Shown here: piece by piece, positions 1 to 16,311 of the stretch
How the letters are laid out: every line of letters begins with the position of its first letter
How positions within the stretch are numbered: the stretch's first letter is position 1
Assembly (NCBI RefSeq): GCF_009914755.1
Contig: NC_060931.1
From: the human T2T-CHM13v2.0 reference genome, Homo sapiens
Length of the DNA stretch: 64,000 nucleotides
Direction: 5' to 3' (one strand)
The notes under the pieces: generated by a model
What the model was told of the DNA's origin: nothing
Database searches by the model: none
The model's input: only the letters and a program-made list of their open reading frames with translations
Translations under genes and position numbers: made by a program

Positions 1-249
1 AGATTTGCAAGACCTCAAGAAAAGAAACCTGAAAATGCCACTGGAGGTGTGTGTTTTGCCAAAGAAAAAAGAATCAAAAACAAAACCTGCAGGATGAGGA
101 CAAACAAACAAAGAGCAGGTATTTAAACCAGCCTTATATTCTCCCCTTCACTCGTTTCCACTTCCCCACTTTACACTATCGATTACTCCAATCAAAGGAT
201 ACATATCTTTCATATAATAACCATTGTAGCTGCAATTAAAATAGTTATT

Positions 250-370
250 GCCCGGCACATTGGCTCATGCCTGTAATCCTGGCACTTTGGGAGGCCAAGG
301 CGGGAGGATCCCTTGAGCCCAGGAGTTTATTTATTTATTTATTTAAGGGACAGAGTCTCACTATGTTGAC
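250..370 (+). mobile_element. Alu monomer (FLAM-like) with an inverted 3' end
   Basis: 250-327 is a forward left arm. 328-369 is the reverse complement of caacatagtgagactctgtc plus a (TAAA)n tail. Confidence 0.7.
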
Positions 371-1023
371 ACCCTGGACAACACTCTTGAAGTACTCTTT
401 TCCCAGGGAGGACACAGTCATGGCATGCAAGGTAAAGGGCAACCTTTTGCTGAAGTGGCACTGAGACACGCCTATCTCCTTTTCACAGGTTCCTCTCTGG
501 CATCAGACAGTGATGTCTAATCTCTCTAACGAATTAGTCATCCCTGTCTCTGCCACCATATCCTTGGATGTGCAGGAAAAGGAAACTAGAGGTGTGTGGC
601 AGGGAGAGAATGAGAAAAATCAGGAAGAGGAGAAAATAATATAATCTGACACCACAGTCTAGAGCTTTTCCTTGAAATCCCACTCCAACCAGAAGGGAAA
701 TTTAAGTGGGCATGTGGTGGAAAGTAAAATGTAAACATTATCCCAACATGTTCTTCAACAGTTTTGAAATAGAAGGGCCATGCCTGTGACTAAAGGCACC
801 ATCATGATAATGATACCAGTTAATAGCTACCAATTACTGAATGCTTACTATGTACAAAAAACTGTACTGATTGCTTTATATTTTTTATTTCTAACCAGGA
901 AGGTAAGGGTTACAAACAACCTTACCTTGTCATCTCATTTTATAGACGAGATACCGATCCTCAGAGAATCTAAGTGATTTGCTCAGGTTCACAGTTAGTA
1001 AGTGGTAAAGCAAGGAACTGAGG

Positions 1024-1564
1024 TGTCGGGGCTCACAACATGATAACCCAAAATAATGGCACCTTGGCACAGTGAGTATTTTAAACAGCAGGAAATTGAA
1101 AAAACAGCAGAAGCAGGAAGGCTGCTCTCCGACCTTTTCCCACCTTTTTCTCCTGAGAGCTGGCCATGAAAGAATTCTCTGACCTACTTCCCCTGAAAGT
1201 AGGTCATAAGACCCTCATTCCAGAGGGGTCCTGCCCTATACCCAGAGGGAAGGAATGTCACACCGAGGCTGAAAGGAATCTGAACAAATAGGCCTCGCTG
1301 AGTTCCCCAGATTATTACTATTAGATCACACTCTTTTGTCCTCCAATTACACTTCTGCACAACTGTCCCTAAACACACATGGTTTTCCCTGGGTCCTTGG
1401 GGCTTCGTTTTCTGAAGGTTTCTGTGTCACTGAAAACTTACATTAAATATAACTTTTATACTTTTCCCATTTAATCTTTTTTTTTTTTCTTTTTATTTGT
1501 TATAGGGGCTCAGCCATGAACCTTGTGATGGATGAGGAAAAGATATTCTTTTTCTCCCCTTACA
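1024..1564 (+). mobile_element. ERV1 LTR (MER34/MER39/LTR54-like), followed by PBS and internal sequence to ~2280
   Basis: TG...CA ends, ggggctcacaacatgataaccccaaaat-type start, and tggcagccaacatgggg at 1570. Confidence 0.7.
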
Positions 1565-1663
1565 GTTTCTGGCAGCCAACATGGGGTGGCTGTGACACCC
1601 CACTAGTTCCAGAACCTGCAGATGAGATCCTGGGACAACCAATAAAAAAACAACAAAAAGTTA

Positions 1664-1699
<36 letters not shown>

Positions 1700-1924
1700 C
1701 AAGATCAGCTCTCTTGGATCTCTGCTTCTAGGTAGGGATTTCCTTTCCAAATTCAGATTAGCAGAAGAAAATCATTTGTTTGGATTGTGACTCATGTAAA
1801 TCTGATTTGGGGATACCCATTAGTTATTGATCCTTTCCCTCCCAGGGACAGCTATCTCATTCCTGTTTCTCTCCTTTTGTTTCCTGAGTGCTTCGCTTCA
1901 TGAGTGGTGACAAAACTCTCTCTG

Positions 1925-2237
1925 GGCCCGGCATGATGGCTTATGCCTGTAATCCCAGCACTTTGGGAGGCCAAGGCAGGCAGATCACTTGAGGTCAAGA
2001 GTTTAAGATCAGCCTGGCCAACACGGTGAAACCCTGTCTCTATTAAAAATACAAAAATTAGCCAGGCATGGTGGCACATGCCTGTAATCCCAGCTACTCA
2101 TGAGGTTGAGGCAGGGGAATCGCTTGAACCCAGGAGGTGGAGGTTGCATGAGCTGAGATTGCACCACTGCACTCCAGCCTGGGCAACAGAGTAAGACTCT
2201 GTCTCAAAAAAAAAAAAAATTAAAAAAAAGAAAAAAA
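1925..2237 (+). mobile_element. AluS
   Basis: Full dimer with A tail. Confidence 0.9.
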
Positions 2238-2834
2238 CTTTCTCTGCTCTCTGCCAGATGGGGTGCAAGTGTTTCAGCTAACAATGAGTGGGAAACACAT
2301 CTCTGGGTAGATGATCTGAGACTGAGAGGGAGCCAGCCTTGAGGAAACAGTACAAAAGCCCTGCAGTGCAAACAAGGTGCTTACTGTGGGTTGGCGGGCA
2401 CAGTCAATAGGGGAGGGAGTGGTACACAATGAGGCTGGAGAGACAGATAAAGCAGAGCTCCTAGAGTCTTATCTTCCTTCATCTGTGTTAGCATTTTATT
2501 CTAATGATAATGGGAGACCACTGGAGAGTTTAGAGCAAGGGAGGAATATCATCTGATTTACACTGTGACATGATTGCTCTGGTTGCTATCTAACAAGTAG
2601 GCTTAAGGAGAATCAGGATGGAACCATGATACCTCATAAGAGGCCACTGTTATAACCCAAGAGATATGACAAAGGCTGGGGTCAAGGAGTAGCAGGGGAG
2701 GTAATGAGAAATGGTCAGCTACATTGTGAAGGCAGATCCATGAATATTTGCTCATAGACCAGACATAATGGCTAAGGGAAAGAAAAGAAGTACAAGGATG
2801 GCACCTGTTTTCTGCCCAGAGTAACTGCATGAAT

Positions 2835-3628
2835 TGTTATGTGCTGAGCTGAAGATATTTTGAAGTTCTATCTCCTAGTACCTCAGAATATGACCTTATT
2901 TGAAAATAGGGTCTTTGCAGACGTAGTAAGGTTGATGCAAAAGTAATTGTGGTTTTTGCCATTACTTTTTTTTTTTTTTTGAGACGAGTCTCGCTCGGTC
3001 GCCAGGGTGGAGTGCAGTGGCACGATCGCAGCTCATGCAACCTCTGCCTCCCAGATTCAAGCAATTCCCCTGCCTCAGCCTCCCAAGTAGCTGGGGCTAC
3101 AGGTGTGTGCTACCACTCCTGGCTAATTTTTTGCATTTTAGTAGAGGTGGGGTTTCACCATGTTGGCCAGGATGGTCTCGATCTCCTGACCTTGTGAACT
3201 GCCCACCTCGGCTTCCCAAAGTGCTGGGATTACAGGTGTGAGCCACACTACTTTTAATTAAAAGTAACTTTACACCAACCTAATAATTAGCTACAATGAG
3301 ATTATGCTGGAGTTGGATTAGGGCAGGGCTTTCATCCAATATAACTCGTGTCCTTATAATAAGAGGAGGGAACTTTAGAGGAGAATGCCATGTGACGAAG
3401 AGGCAGACACTAAGTGATGTATCTACAAGCCAAGAAGCCCAGGATTGCTGGTAAACATCAACAGCTAGAAGAGGCAGGGAAGATCGTAGCCTACAGGTTT
3501 CAGGAGGAGCATGGTCCTGCTGACACATTAATTTTGGACTCTACCATTCAGAACTGTGAGACAATAAATTTCTGTTAAGTTACCCAGATGGTGGTGTTTT
3601 GTTACAGCATCCCTAGGAAACTAATACA
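2835..3628 (+). mobile_element. MaLR LTR (MLT1C-like)
   Basis: tgttatg...ggaaactaataca, with 5-bp TSD TGAAT at 2830-2834 and 3629-3633. Confidence 0.8.
2926..3283. mobile_element. MADE1 (Hsmar1 MITE) split by an antisense Alu (2967-3248)
   Basis: aggttgatgcaaaagtaattgtggtttttgccattac ... aaagtaactttacaccaacctaa, at a TA site. Confidence 0.8.
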
Positions 3629-4570
3629 TGAATAGTGGGGCCATGATTGGAGATCAGGAAGACTATGGAAGGAGTTGGGATGGAGGGTGTGAAGGCACAA
3701 AACCCCAAGAGTTCTACTTTAAGTTGCCTGGTAGGCGTCCAGTGAAAATTCTGACTGGCCAACACTAAGCTGGAAAAGGGAAGCAAAACTGATTTCTTAC
3801 ATCAAATATGTCTGGCATTATGCAAGCCAGGATTTCCCACAGGGTCCTTTATGGAATACCAATTCTGTATTATATTAACAGATTTTATAATATAGACAGA
3901 TTTTATCTGTCTATATTAACAGATTTTATAAGGAAAAACATTTGGGAAAGTCTGGGTTAAATACAATTAAATGGGCTCCCTTGTTACAGAACATCTCATA
4001 GCCGTTCACTAACAGACAGCACACCTTTTCTTGACTGTGACACTATTCTTAGACAAGCCCTAAGGCCAGAGCTTTATATAAGACATATCCATATGAGTAA
4101 ACTCAGTCCCAGGTTAAATAATTTTCTCATGCCCCCTCAGCTATTGAGTTGCAAAGCTGGAATCTGAAGCCATATCTAGGTGATGTCAAAGTCCACGTAT
4201 TTTCCATATACCACTATATAAACGACAGAATATAACGAAATCTGCCTCAATGCAACTGTTGATAAAAACGGAATTCTGAATAAACTGGATTGTTTTGTCC
4301 ATTTGCAGAATTTATAGGTACTGAAATTGCAAATGACTGAAAGGCATATTTATCTGTAAAGAAGTGAAAATCACAGGTCCACAGATTGCTTCATAATGGA
4401 TTTCTAGCGTACTTCTTTCAGTTTCAAAAATTACTTTTTGGGGTAAGTGAAGCTCTCTACTCTTTAGGACATTAAAATCTCATGGCAAAGTCAGTGTCTT
4501 CCACTAAGAAATTTTTGTTAGTTTTGCTCAAGTCAGTGTAGCTCTGTTCTTCTTTAGAATTGCCTCCTTT

Positions 4571-4694
4571 TGAATGGTGTGAACCCAGGAGGCGGAGCTT
4601 GCAGTGAGCCGAGATCGCATCACTGCACTCCAGCCTGGGCAACAGAGTGAGACTCCGTCTCAAAAAATAAAAATAAACAAAAATAAAAAAAAAA
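4571..4694 (+). mobile_element. 5'-truncated AluY right arm
   Basis: Y-type gaatggtgtgaacc...gagcttgcag, with 15-bp TSD AGAATTGCCTCCTTT. Confidence 0.85.
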
Positions 4695-5007
4695 AGAATT
4701 GCCTCCTTTCTATTGCCTACTATAATTAGCATTTTCAAATAAGAACATTAGGATACACCGGGTGGCAAATACAGGCTAAGATTGGGAACAATGAATGAGA
4801 ACATTTTATATGAGGATAATCCTAGTAAATGTGGCAATGTCATCAGTTTAACCACCACTCCCTGAAGTGACAAGAAACTTCTCCCTGATTCTAAAAGAGT
4901 GACTACTATTTGTAGCAGTAACCACTCTATAGGACTCGCTTCCACGATTCTAGTACATTTCTCAGCTCTTTTCCATATGTTGTCTCATTCAAGCTTCACC
5001 TCCACTC

Positions 5008-5305
5008 TTTGTGTTTTTTTGTTTTGTTTTGTTTTTTTGAGACACGGTCTCACTCTGTCACCCACAATCTTGGCTCACAGCAACTTCCGCCTCCTGAGGC
5101 ATAAATGATCCTCCCACCTCATCCTCCAGAGTAGCTGGGACCACTGGTGCATGCCACCACACCCAGCTAATTTTTGTACTTTTTGTAGAAATGGAATTTT
5201 GCCATGTTGGCCAGGCTGGTCTCGAGCTCCTGGGCTCAAGCGATTCACCTGCCTTGGCCTCCCAAAGTGCTGGAATTACAGGCATGAGCCACTGCGCCTT
5301 GGCCC
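5008..5305 (-). mobile_element. AluJ
   Basis: Antisense dimer with a small internal deletion. Confidence 0.85.
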
Positions 5306-5435
5306 ACCTCCACTCTTGAAAGGAGTTAGTGTAGCACTTCAATAGAGGCCCATGCTGACTGGGCCACTTTGCAAGTGATAATACTCCAGGCAGCAGCTGA
5401 CCTGGAACAGACTCCAAGTTGACTGGACCATCCAC

Positions 5436-5830
5436 TCATTCACTGAATAAATATATCCTTAGCTCATACAATGAATAAAACAGACAGCATCTGCCTTCAT
5501 GAACTGAGGAAGAGAGATAGGCGAGAGCTTTTAAGAAAATCAAAGCAGGATAAACGGAATAGAGAGGAAAGGGGTCAAGCAGTGGCACTATTTGAGATAG
5601 GTGGTCAGGGAAGGCCCCCCTGAGTAGGTGACATCTGAGCAGATCTGAGGGCATGAGACAGTGTCTAGGAAGAAGAGAGTTCCTGGCAGGAGAACAGTGA
5701 CTACAAAGGCCATTAACAGGAAACAATGCAGATGGAAGCCCATGGTGGGGGCCAGGTGAGCGATGGTCGGAGTGGTTCGAAGGGGGATCAGGTACAGGCT
5801 CGTGCTGGGTATTGAAAGCTAACCTGTATT
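5436..5830 (-). mobile_element. L2 3' end
   Basis: cattcactgaataaatat start and ggtcagggaaggcc...gtgacatctgagcagatctg motif. Confidence 0.7.
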
Positions 5831-7119
5831 TTAGGGCACTGCTTCTTCCCAGCTCTGGATATCTCTATCAGTGTCCAGGAAGTCCAACAGTGTAACACTG
5901 CTGGCCCCTTGCTGCTGCCTTCTTCCCTCCGTAGGGGTAGGGTGTCAGGCAGAAAGGTTCACCTTATGGGTACATTTGGATAAACTGGTCATGTTGGGCT
6001 CACCTCACTCCCCATCCCCACATGAAACGGTGCTTTTCTCTCTAAACCCTGTGTGAATCTGAGGATTGCTGGGCAAGTCTGCTCAGTCAGGCATCAGTCA
6101 TAGGAAACCCATTTGCCCAAAAGGAAAAGTGCCATTCCAGCCCAGCCTCCCTCGTTAATCAAGCTGATGTTTCACTGTCCTCCTGCCTTGCTCTTCTTTC
6201 TTATTTCTCAATTTTTTCAGAACTCATGAAAGAAAGACAAAGTGCTGTGTTTTGAGCTCCCTCAGAGGCCTCAAAAATGGAATTTAGGTCTTATTCTAGT
6301 GTAACCCCTATACTCCACTGTCTCTATTATCCTGCAAAATTTCATCATATATACAATTGAAGAAAGACATGGTTAATAGTATCAGCTTCATCAGTCATAC
6401 CCAGAATTTAAAGCCCCATACAGTCTGGCTTGCTCACACCAACCCTGAAAAGAGAAAGTGGAGGATGAGAAATGACATCTCAGATCAAACCAGCCAAAAT
6501 GTCTTCACACAGCTAATGCAAGGGCAACAAAGTCACTGCATGCATTCCCTCATTAGGTATTTGAAAATCCACTACGTATAGTATCCAAGGTGCAGACAAC
6601 AGAAAAAGCCCACAGGCTGGTTCATCTGCTTCATAAGCCACTGAATACCCTCTATTATTGCTTCTGTCAGCAGTTTCTGAAGGCAAAAAAAAAAAAAACA
6701 AAAAACGCTGTTTTCTTTCTTAATGTATTCTGACTTCTGTGCATATCATCTTGCCAAAATCATTAATAATCTCCATATTTCTAAATTCAAAAGAAAAATC
6801 TGTCTTTATCTTTATTGACTTTTCTGACATGCTGACAGTGCCCCTTTGGCAAATTTATCGATGCCTTGCCTTCTGTAATTTGTGTTTTCATAGATCTTCT
6901 AAAATTCTTCTAGAAGTCTATCCTTGGCCCACAGCTTATCACACTTCCACACACTAAAGAGTGGTCTCATCACTTTAACCAGCACTTTCTGTGGACACCA
7001 CTCAAAATGAGAGTGCCTCTCAAAAGCTTCTGCCTCATCCATCCAACTGCCTGCCTAACATTTTTACCTGATGCCCCATGGGTATATGAAACTCAACATG
7101 TCAAAATGGCATTTAATCC

Positions 7120-10250
<3,131 letters not shown>

Positions 10251-10605
10251 AAACTAAACTTATTATCTCCTTCCCTAAACTTGTCCTTACTTCCCTATTT
10301 TTCATCTTGGTTGGAAATACTCCCATCAACTCAAGTACTAAAGCCAGAAATCCAGGATGTATTCTTTATTTATCCATTTTTCTCTGGCCCTGCATTCCCA
10401 CAGCCAATCAATCACCAACTGAATCTCCTAGATGTTCTTCAAATTCACCTTCACCTCTCTAAATCTACTCTCATGGCCTAATCCAGTTCTTTATTGTGAC
10501 TTGCCTGGACTACTGCAAACCTCCAAACTAGTTTCCAACCTTGACTTTAACTCCTAATTAAATGAATCCCTCTATACTTCCCTCATGTGCTGCTGTCTCT
10601 CCTAT

Positions 10606-11252
10606 TGAGGTGGCATCACTGTCTGGGGTAAATACCTGGGGTTCGCCATCTCATGCCAAGATTAAGGACATGGACATGCACAAGGAGTGAGTTTAGGAGC
10701 AGAGGTTTAGTAGGCAAAAGAAAGAGAAAGGAGAACACTTCTCTCTCTTGCAAGAGAGGGGCATCTGAATGGGAAATCTGGCCCTCCGTGGAGTGCACCG
10801 GATTTTATAGACAGGCTTGAGGAGGTGGTGTCTGATTTATATAGACAAAGATTGGCCCACAGATTGGCTGGACCAGGTGTGACATTTACATAGCATGCAG
10901 GGAAGCTGGCCACCTCACCCTAACCTTATTAAGCAAATGGGCTTTCCACTTGGCCAGCATTACTGTCTGTTCCCTACTGTACACATGGTTGGAAAGGAAA
11001 AGGGAAGACGGAGCTGCCATTTTGAACATGCCTAGCCCAGGTAGCCTTTTCCTATTGGCACAACTGCCGGCATTCACCTGTGCAAGCTTCCAGCTTACTT
11101 GTCTATGTGTGTAGCTCAATTTTATAGGCAGGCTGCTCTTTGTTAGAAAAGAAAATGATTTGGGGTCTGCTTTTCATTAAAAGGAAAACCTTACCGAGGA
11201 CTCCTGTACTCTCACTATCTGCCCAAATAATTTCTTCTTAACGCCTATATCA
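10606..11252 (-). mobile_element. Solo ERV1 LTR (LTR9-like)
   Basis: TG...CA termini and 4-bp TSD CTAT (10602-10605, 11253-11256). - strand starts tgatataggcgttaagaagaaattatttgggcagatagtgag. Confidence 0.8.
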
Positions 11253-11639
11253 CTATTTTGGGAGGTCATGGAATTTATAGCATTTAAAAATTTGTTATGC
11301 AGCAATAGATAACCAATACAGAGGCAGGAGAAAAGCAGGAAGTGGAGAAATAGGATGGAATCTAGAGAAGTCAGTAGAGAGCTGATCAGGGAGAGTTTTC
11401 TAGATATGCTAAGAATCTTTATCCTCTAGTGACTAGGAACTACTGAAGGGCTTGATAATTTGAAAAGAGTACTATGAACATCAATGTAAGGATGGACTTA
11501 AGCCAGAAAGACAGCAGGCAGGAAGGCCAGTTAATATGTTTCACAATAATCTAGAATAAAGATGACAGGAGTTTGAACTAGGGCTGGAAACTAGTAATAA
11601 TAGCGTGGAGAGGGCAGACTTAAAAATAATTAGAAGGTT

Positions 11640-11954
11640 GACTGGGAGCAGTGGCTCACGCCTGTAATCCCAGCACTTTGGGAGGCCAAGGTGGGTAAGA
11701 TCACCAGAGGTCAGGAGTTCCAGACCAGCCTGGCCAACATGACAAAACCCTGTCTCTACAAAAAAATACAAAAATTAGCCAGGCTTGGTGGTATGTGCCT
11801 GTAATCCCAGCTATTCAGGAGGCTGAGGTGGGAGGATCACTTGAACACCGGAGGCAGAGGTTGCAGTGATCCAAGACCACGCTGCTGCACTCCAGCCTGG
11901 GCAAAAGAGCGAGACTACGTCTCCAAATAATAATAATAAGAAGAAGAAGAAGAA
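11640..11954 (+). mobile_element. AluS with a (TAA)n(GAA)n tail
   Basis: Full dimer. Confidence 0.9.
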
Positions 11955-13641
11955 AGTAAAACTGGAAGAAACTTGTGATTATATATTAGAGTTGAAATAG
12001 AACAAAGAATCTAGGATGATCCCAGATGTGACTTAGATGGCTGGGTGGGTGGACAGTGGTGCCATTAACCGAGAAAGAGAGAGACCCAGATCCCTGGGAG
12101 TGAAAATCAGCTCTGCTGCTAATCAGTCTAAGATGCTCCCAACAGAACATTAACAATGTTTCTATATACCCAAGGCCACTCTGCAGCTGCAGTATGATGG
12201 ACAGTCCTTTTTTCTGAGCAACTGCTGTATTCTTACCAATGATAGCGCTTTGTCCCTCCCATCTCCTGAACAGAGACTGCTGAGAGTCTAAGTTCCTGAG
12301 CTGCCACGGGCACTTGGCAGCAGCTAATCCAGCGGGTACCTCTTCCCTGATCCCTCCTTCGACTCATTCAGCACAAGGCCAAATATTTCAGAGGCCTCTT
12401 CCCACTTCTCCCAACCTTTGGGTATGTGTCCTCCTTTGCTGGACATAATGCTAACACACCTAACTTTGTGTCATTACACATGTATTTCTCATATTCTCTG
12501 CTGAGTGGGTTTCAACTTCCATCCCACTTGAAAGGTGTGCTGAGAAAACGTAGAAGGAGACTAAAAAATAGGGAGAAAAGAGACAATAAAGCCAGACCGT
12601 AGAGGATGGCTGCGGGCTCCCTATAGTACATTACATTCTAAGACGAGCAGGAAAGGCTCTGCCACAATTCCTGAATGTACAAGGTCAAAAGTTCCAGCCT
12701 TCACTTTGCCAACAGGTATATCCTTGGGCAAGCCAATTCACTTCTCCCCTTGGACTTCAGTTCCTTCATTTGTAAATTCTGGAGATTAGATGGACTATAT
12801 AATTCCCAAAATCCCTTTCAGCTTGGAATGTCTAAGATTCTAAAAATGCAGCCAAGGAGATCAGGCTAAAACTGCTTCAGGCTTTGAGTCACAGGGATGA
12901 TTCACGCAGGCTACCTTAATGAAAGAACTTCCACATCTGCTCTAGGTGCCCTGAACCTACACATTTCTGTCAGTGTTCGTAAGACAACCTAAGAAACCTA
13001 AGAAAGGCTATTCTTGGGGGGGCAGGGGGGCTACACCACTGATTAAATTACATATTTTTTAAGCACAGATTTTTTAAAAATCCTATTAAAATTCTAAATC
13101 AGTGGCTTCCAGCAATTTTTCTCTGAAACAGACGTCTCGGATTTTGCAGACACCAATGTTCAGGCACACGTGTACACAAGAATGGTGGAAAGAGTCATGG
13201 TTTTACATGGAGTGTGCAGTCTGCCAGCTCAGAAATCTCCTGTGTCCCAACGGCACAGGCGGTTCATTCTCCTGCCAGCCAAGTTAATTCTACCAACATG
13301 CCAATAGTTAGAAGGGGAGAAAACAAAACAAAACAAATTATTTCCACTTGACTTGCTGATTGCTAATAATATTCTTCATCAAGTAACCCAGGCAGGAACA
13401 CTTTTCATCTTCAGAATTAGCTATGGCTGCCATTTCCCCTTTTGTCAAATACAGGGAGATATTTCCCACGGTCTGCACATGACTCAGAATGGCTTCATCT
13501 TTATTTCACGTTCTACATTTCTTGTTGCTTGACTTAGGAGCATATGAGCTTTTCCCTAGCCAGGCCTTTCCCTGCAACCTACCTACCCTCCCTCAGCACT
13601 AAACAATCACATTTCTTGATCCATTCAAACATGCAGGCCTC

Positions 13642-13778
13642 GGCTGGACACAGTGGCTCACACTTGTAATCCCAGCACTTTAGGAGGCCGAGGCAGGAGG
13701 ATTATTTGAGCCTAGGAGTTCAAGACCAGCCTACGCAATGTGGCAAGACCCTGTCTCACATCAAACAAACAAACAAAC
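13642..13778 (+). mobile_element. FLAM/Alu monomer
   Basis: Left-arm monomer with a (CAAA)n tail. Confidence 0.85.
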
Positions 13779-14753
13779 AGGCTTCTACCCACACTCTTCT
13801 ATACAAATAGTTTTCTCTCCTTTAACAGAACTCAACTCTTCAGAGATTTTCTAACCATACAGTAAAGGGTGAGACACTTTGCTAAAACTTGTGGAGTAGT
13901 TAAAGATGAAAAGGGGACAGTATCCACCTTCAAGGAGCCCTCATTCTAGCAAAGAGAGACATGCATGAAAACCAGTAAACCCTAAATACTGTCATAAAGC
14001 ATGAGGAATGCAGTTCTGTGCCCCACTACAAATAAACACTGCACTTAGTAAAGTCCTCACTGGAGGAAGACCCCATTCACAATGCAAATCCTATTACTCA
14101 CTATACAACTTGCTACTTCTAACTTTGGGAAAAAAGCATTGAGGAAGCAGCATAATTCTCAGGGCTTCCATAGTCAACTGGGGGTAATCTTGCTCCAGGC
14201 TACACATTCTATCGCACCCTCTCTCCAAAGACTCCCCAGGGAAGGAAAATAAGAAAAAAGCAAAAAGTGACCTTAGACAGGCACAACTGTGGGACAATGA
14301 GGGAAGGCAGAAGATTGATGGGGTAAAACAAATGCATAAGTGAAAATAGAGCTTTTCTCCACTTCACCCTTAAATAAGCCAGGATTTTAGGTATGATCTT
14401 AAGGAGAATGAATGAAGTGATTGTTGAACTCAGGGAAGTAGGAAGGTTGCATGACCTTTGTACCAGCTTTAGGGGCTGGCATTTCTGAGAGAGGCTGGCC
14501 CTTCCTGTAGAGTTCAAGAAGTTGGGTGAAAACAAGGCACAATCAGAGGGCAGACATCCTGCCAATTGTGCAACAACCAATTGTGCAATGTGCTTTGAGC
14601 TTCCCTGCTGATCACCTTCTCAAAACAGAGGGGCCACAGTAAGGAGCCTACATGTGCAAACGCCTAACACAGTACCTAGCATACAGTCAGTAGCATATAG
14701 GAAGGCAATGCAGTCCGGTGGGAATAGCATGAAAGATTTAAAGTATGCCCTCA

Positions 14754-15442
<689 letters not shown>

Positions 15443-16011
15443 TCATTAAATTACCTGGCTTCTGATCTGCAAGTGGGTTACCTGGAAAAAGCGTTGTATG
15501 CTCTAAAAGTCCTAGATAAAAAAAATTATTTAACTTTCTCTTCTTCTTTCCTCTGCCTCACCTTACCCCCTGAACTTCCCAGAATGGGAAAAGGAAAGAC
15601 TTACTTCACTTTACTAGTGCAGATATGGTCTTTTAGTTAGGAACTGTGGTCAATTATTAATGAGAACTGCAGCTATAGTAACACTGTAGATAAACAGGCA
15701 TTAAAATACTAACAGATCATTGAACACCTGTATTTATTTTTTGCTCCAAGGACTCCATATATTCAGATTTTCTTCAAGATCTTATCCTTTTTTCTCTTTC
15801 CGTACATTCCCATTCAACCACCCCTTGAGTATTAATCACTAGTCCAAATGTTTGTTCAGTCCTGACATTGCTATTGGGCATTTCAGGACAGTATCACCAC
15901 TGTCAGCTGTCACCTCCAAAAGGATAACCAATCAGCCCCTCAAACCCACTGACTCTATAACAGGACGTCATCATTCTCCTCAAATTTCCTCCTTCTATGA
16001 CTTCCAGATAC

Positions 16012-16311
16012 TTTTTTTTTTTTTTTTTTTTGAGACACAGTCTTGCTCTGTTGCCCAGGCTGGAGTGTAGTGGTGCAATCTCGGTTCACTGGAGCCTCTG
16101 CTGCCGGGTTGCAGCGATTCTCCCGCCTCAGCCTCCTGAGTAGTTGGGATTACAGGCATGCACCACCACGCCTGGTTAATTTTTGTATTTTTAGTAGACA
16201 CAGGGTTTCACCATGTTGGCCAGGCTGGTCTCAAACTCCTGACCTCAGGTGATCTGCCCGCCTCAGCCTCCCAAAGTGCTGGGATTACAAGCATGAGCCA
16301 CCGTGCCCAGC
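16012..16311 (-). mobile_element. AluSx-like
   Basis: Full dimer, TSD gacttccagat. Confidence 0.9.

Larger units (their letters stand above)
2290..3760 (-). mobile_element. L2 fragment interrupted by MLT1C/MADE1/Alu
   Basis: L2-like sequence on both sides of the LTR, joined by TSD TGAAT. Confidence 0.6.
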
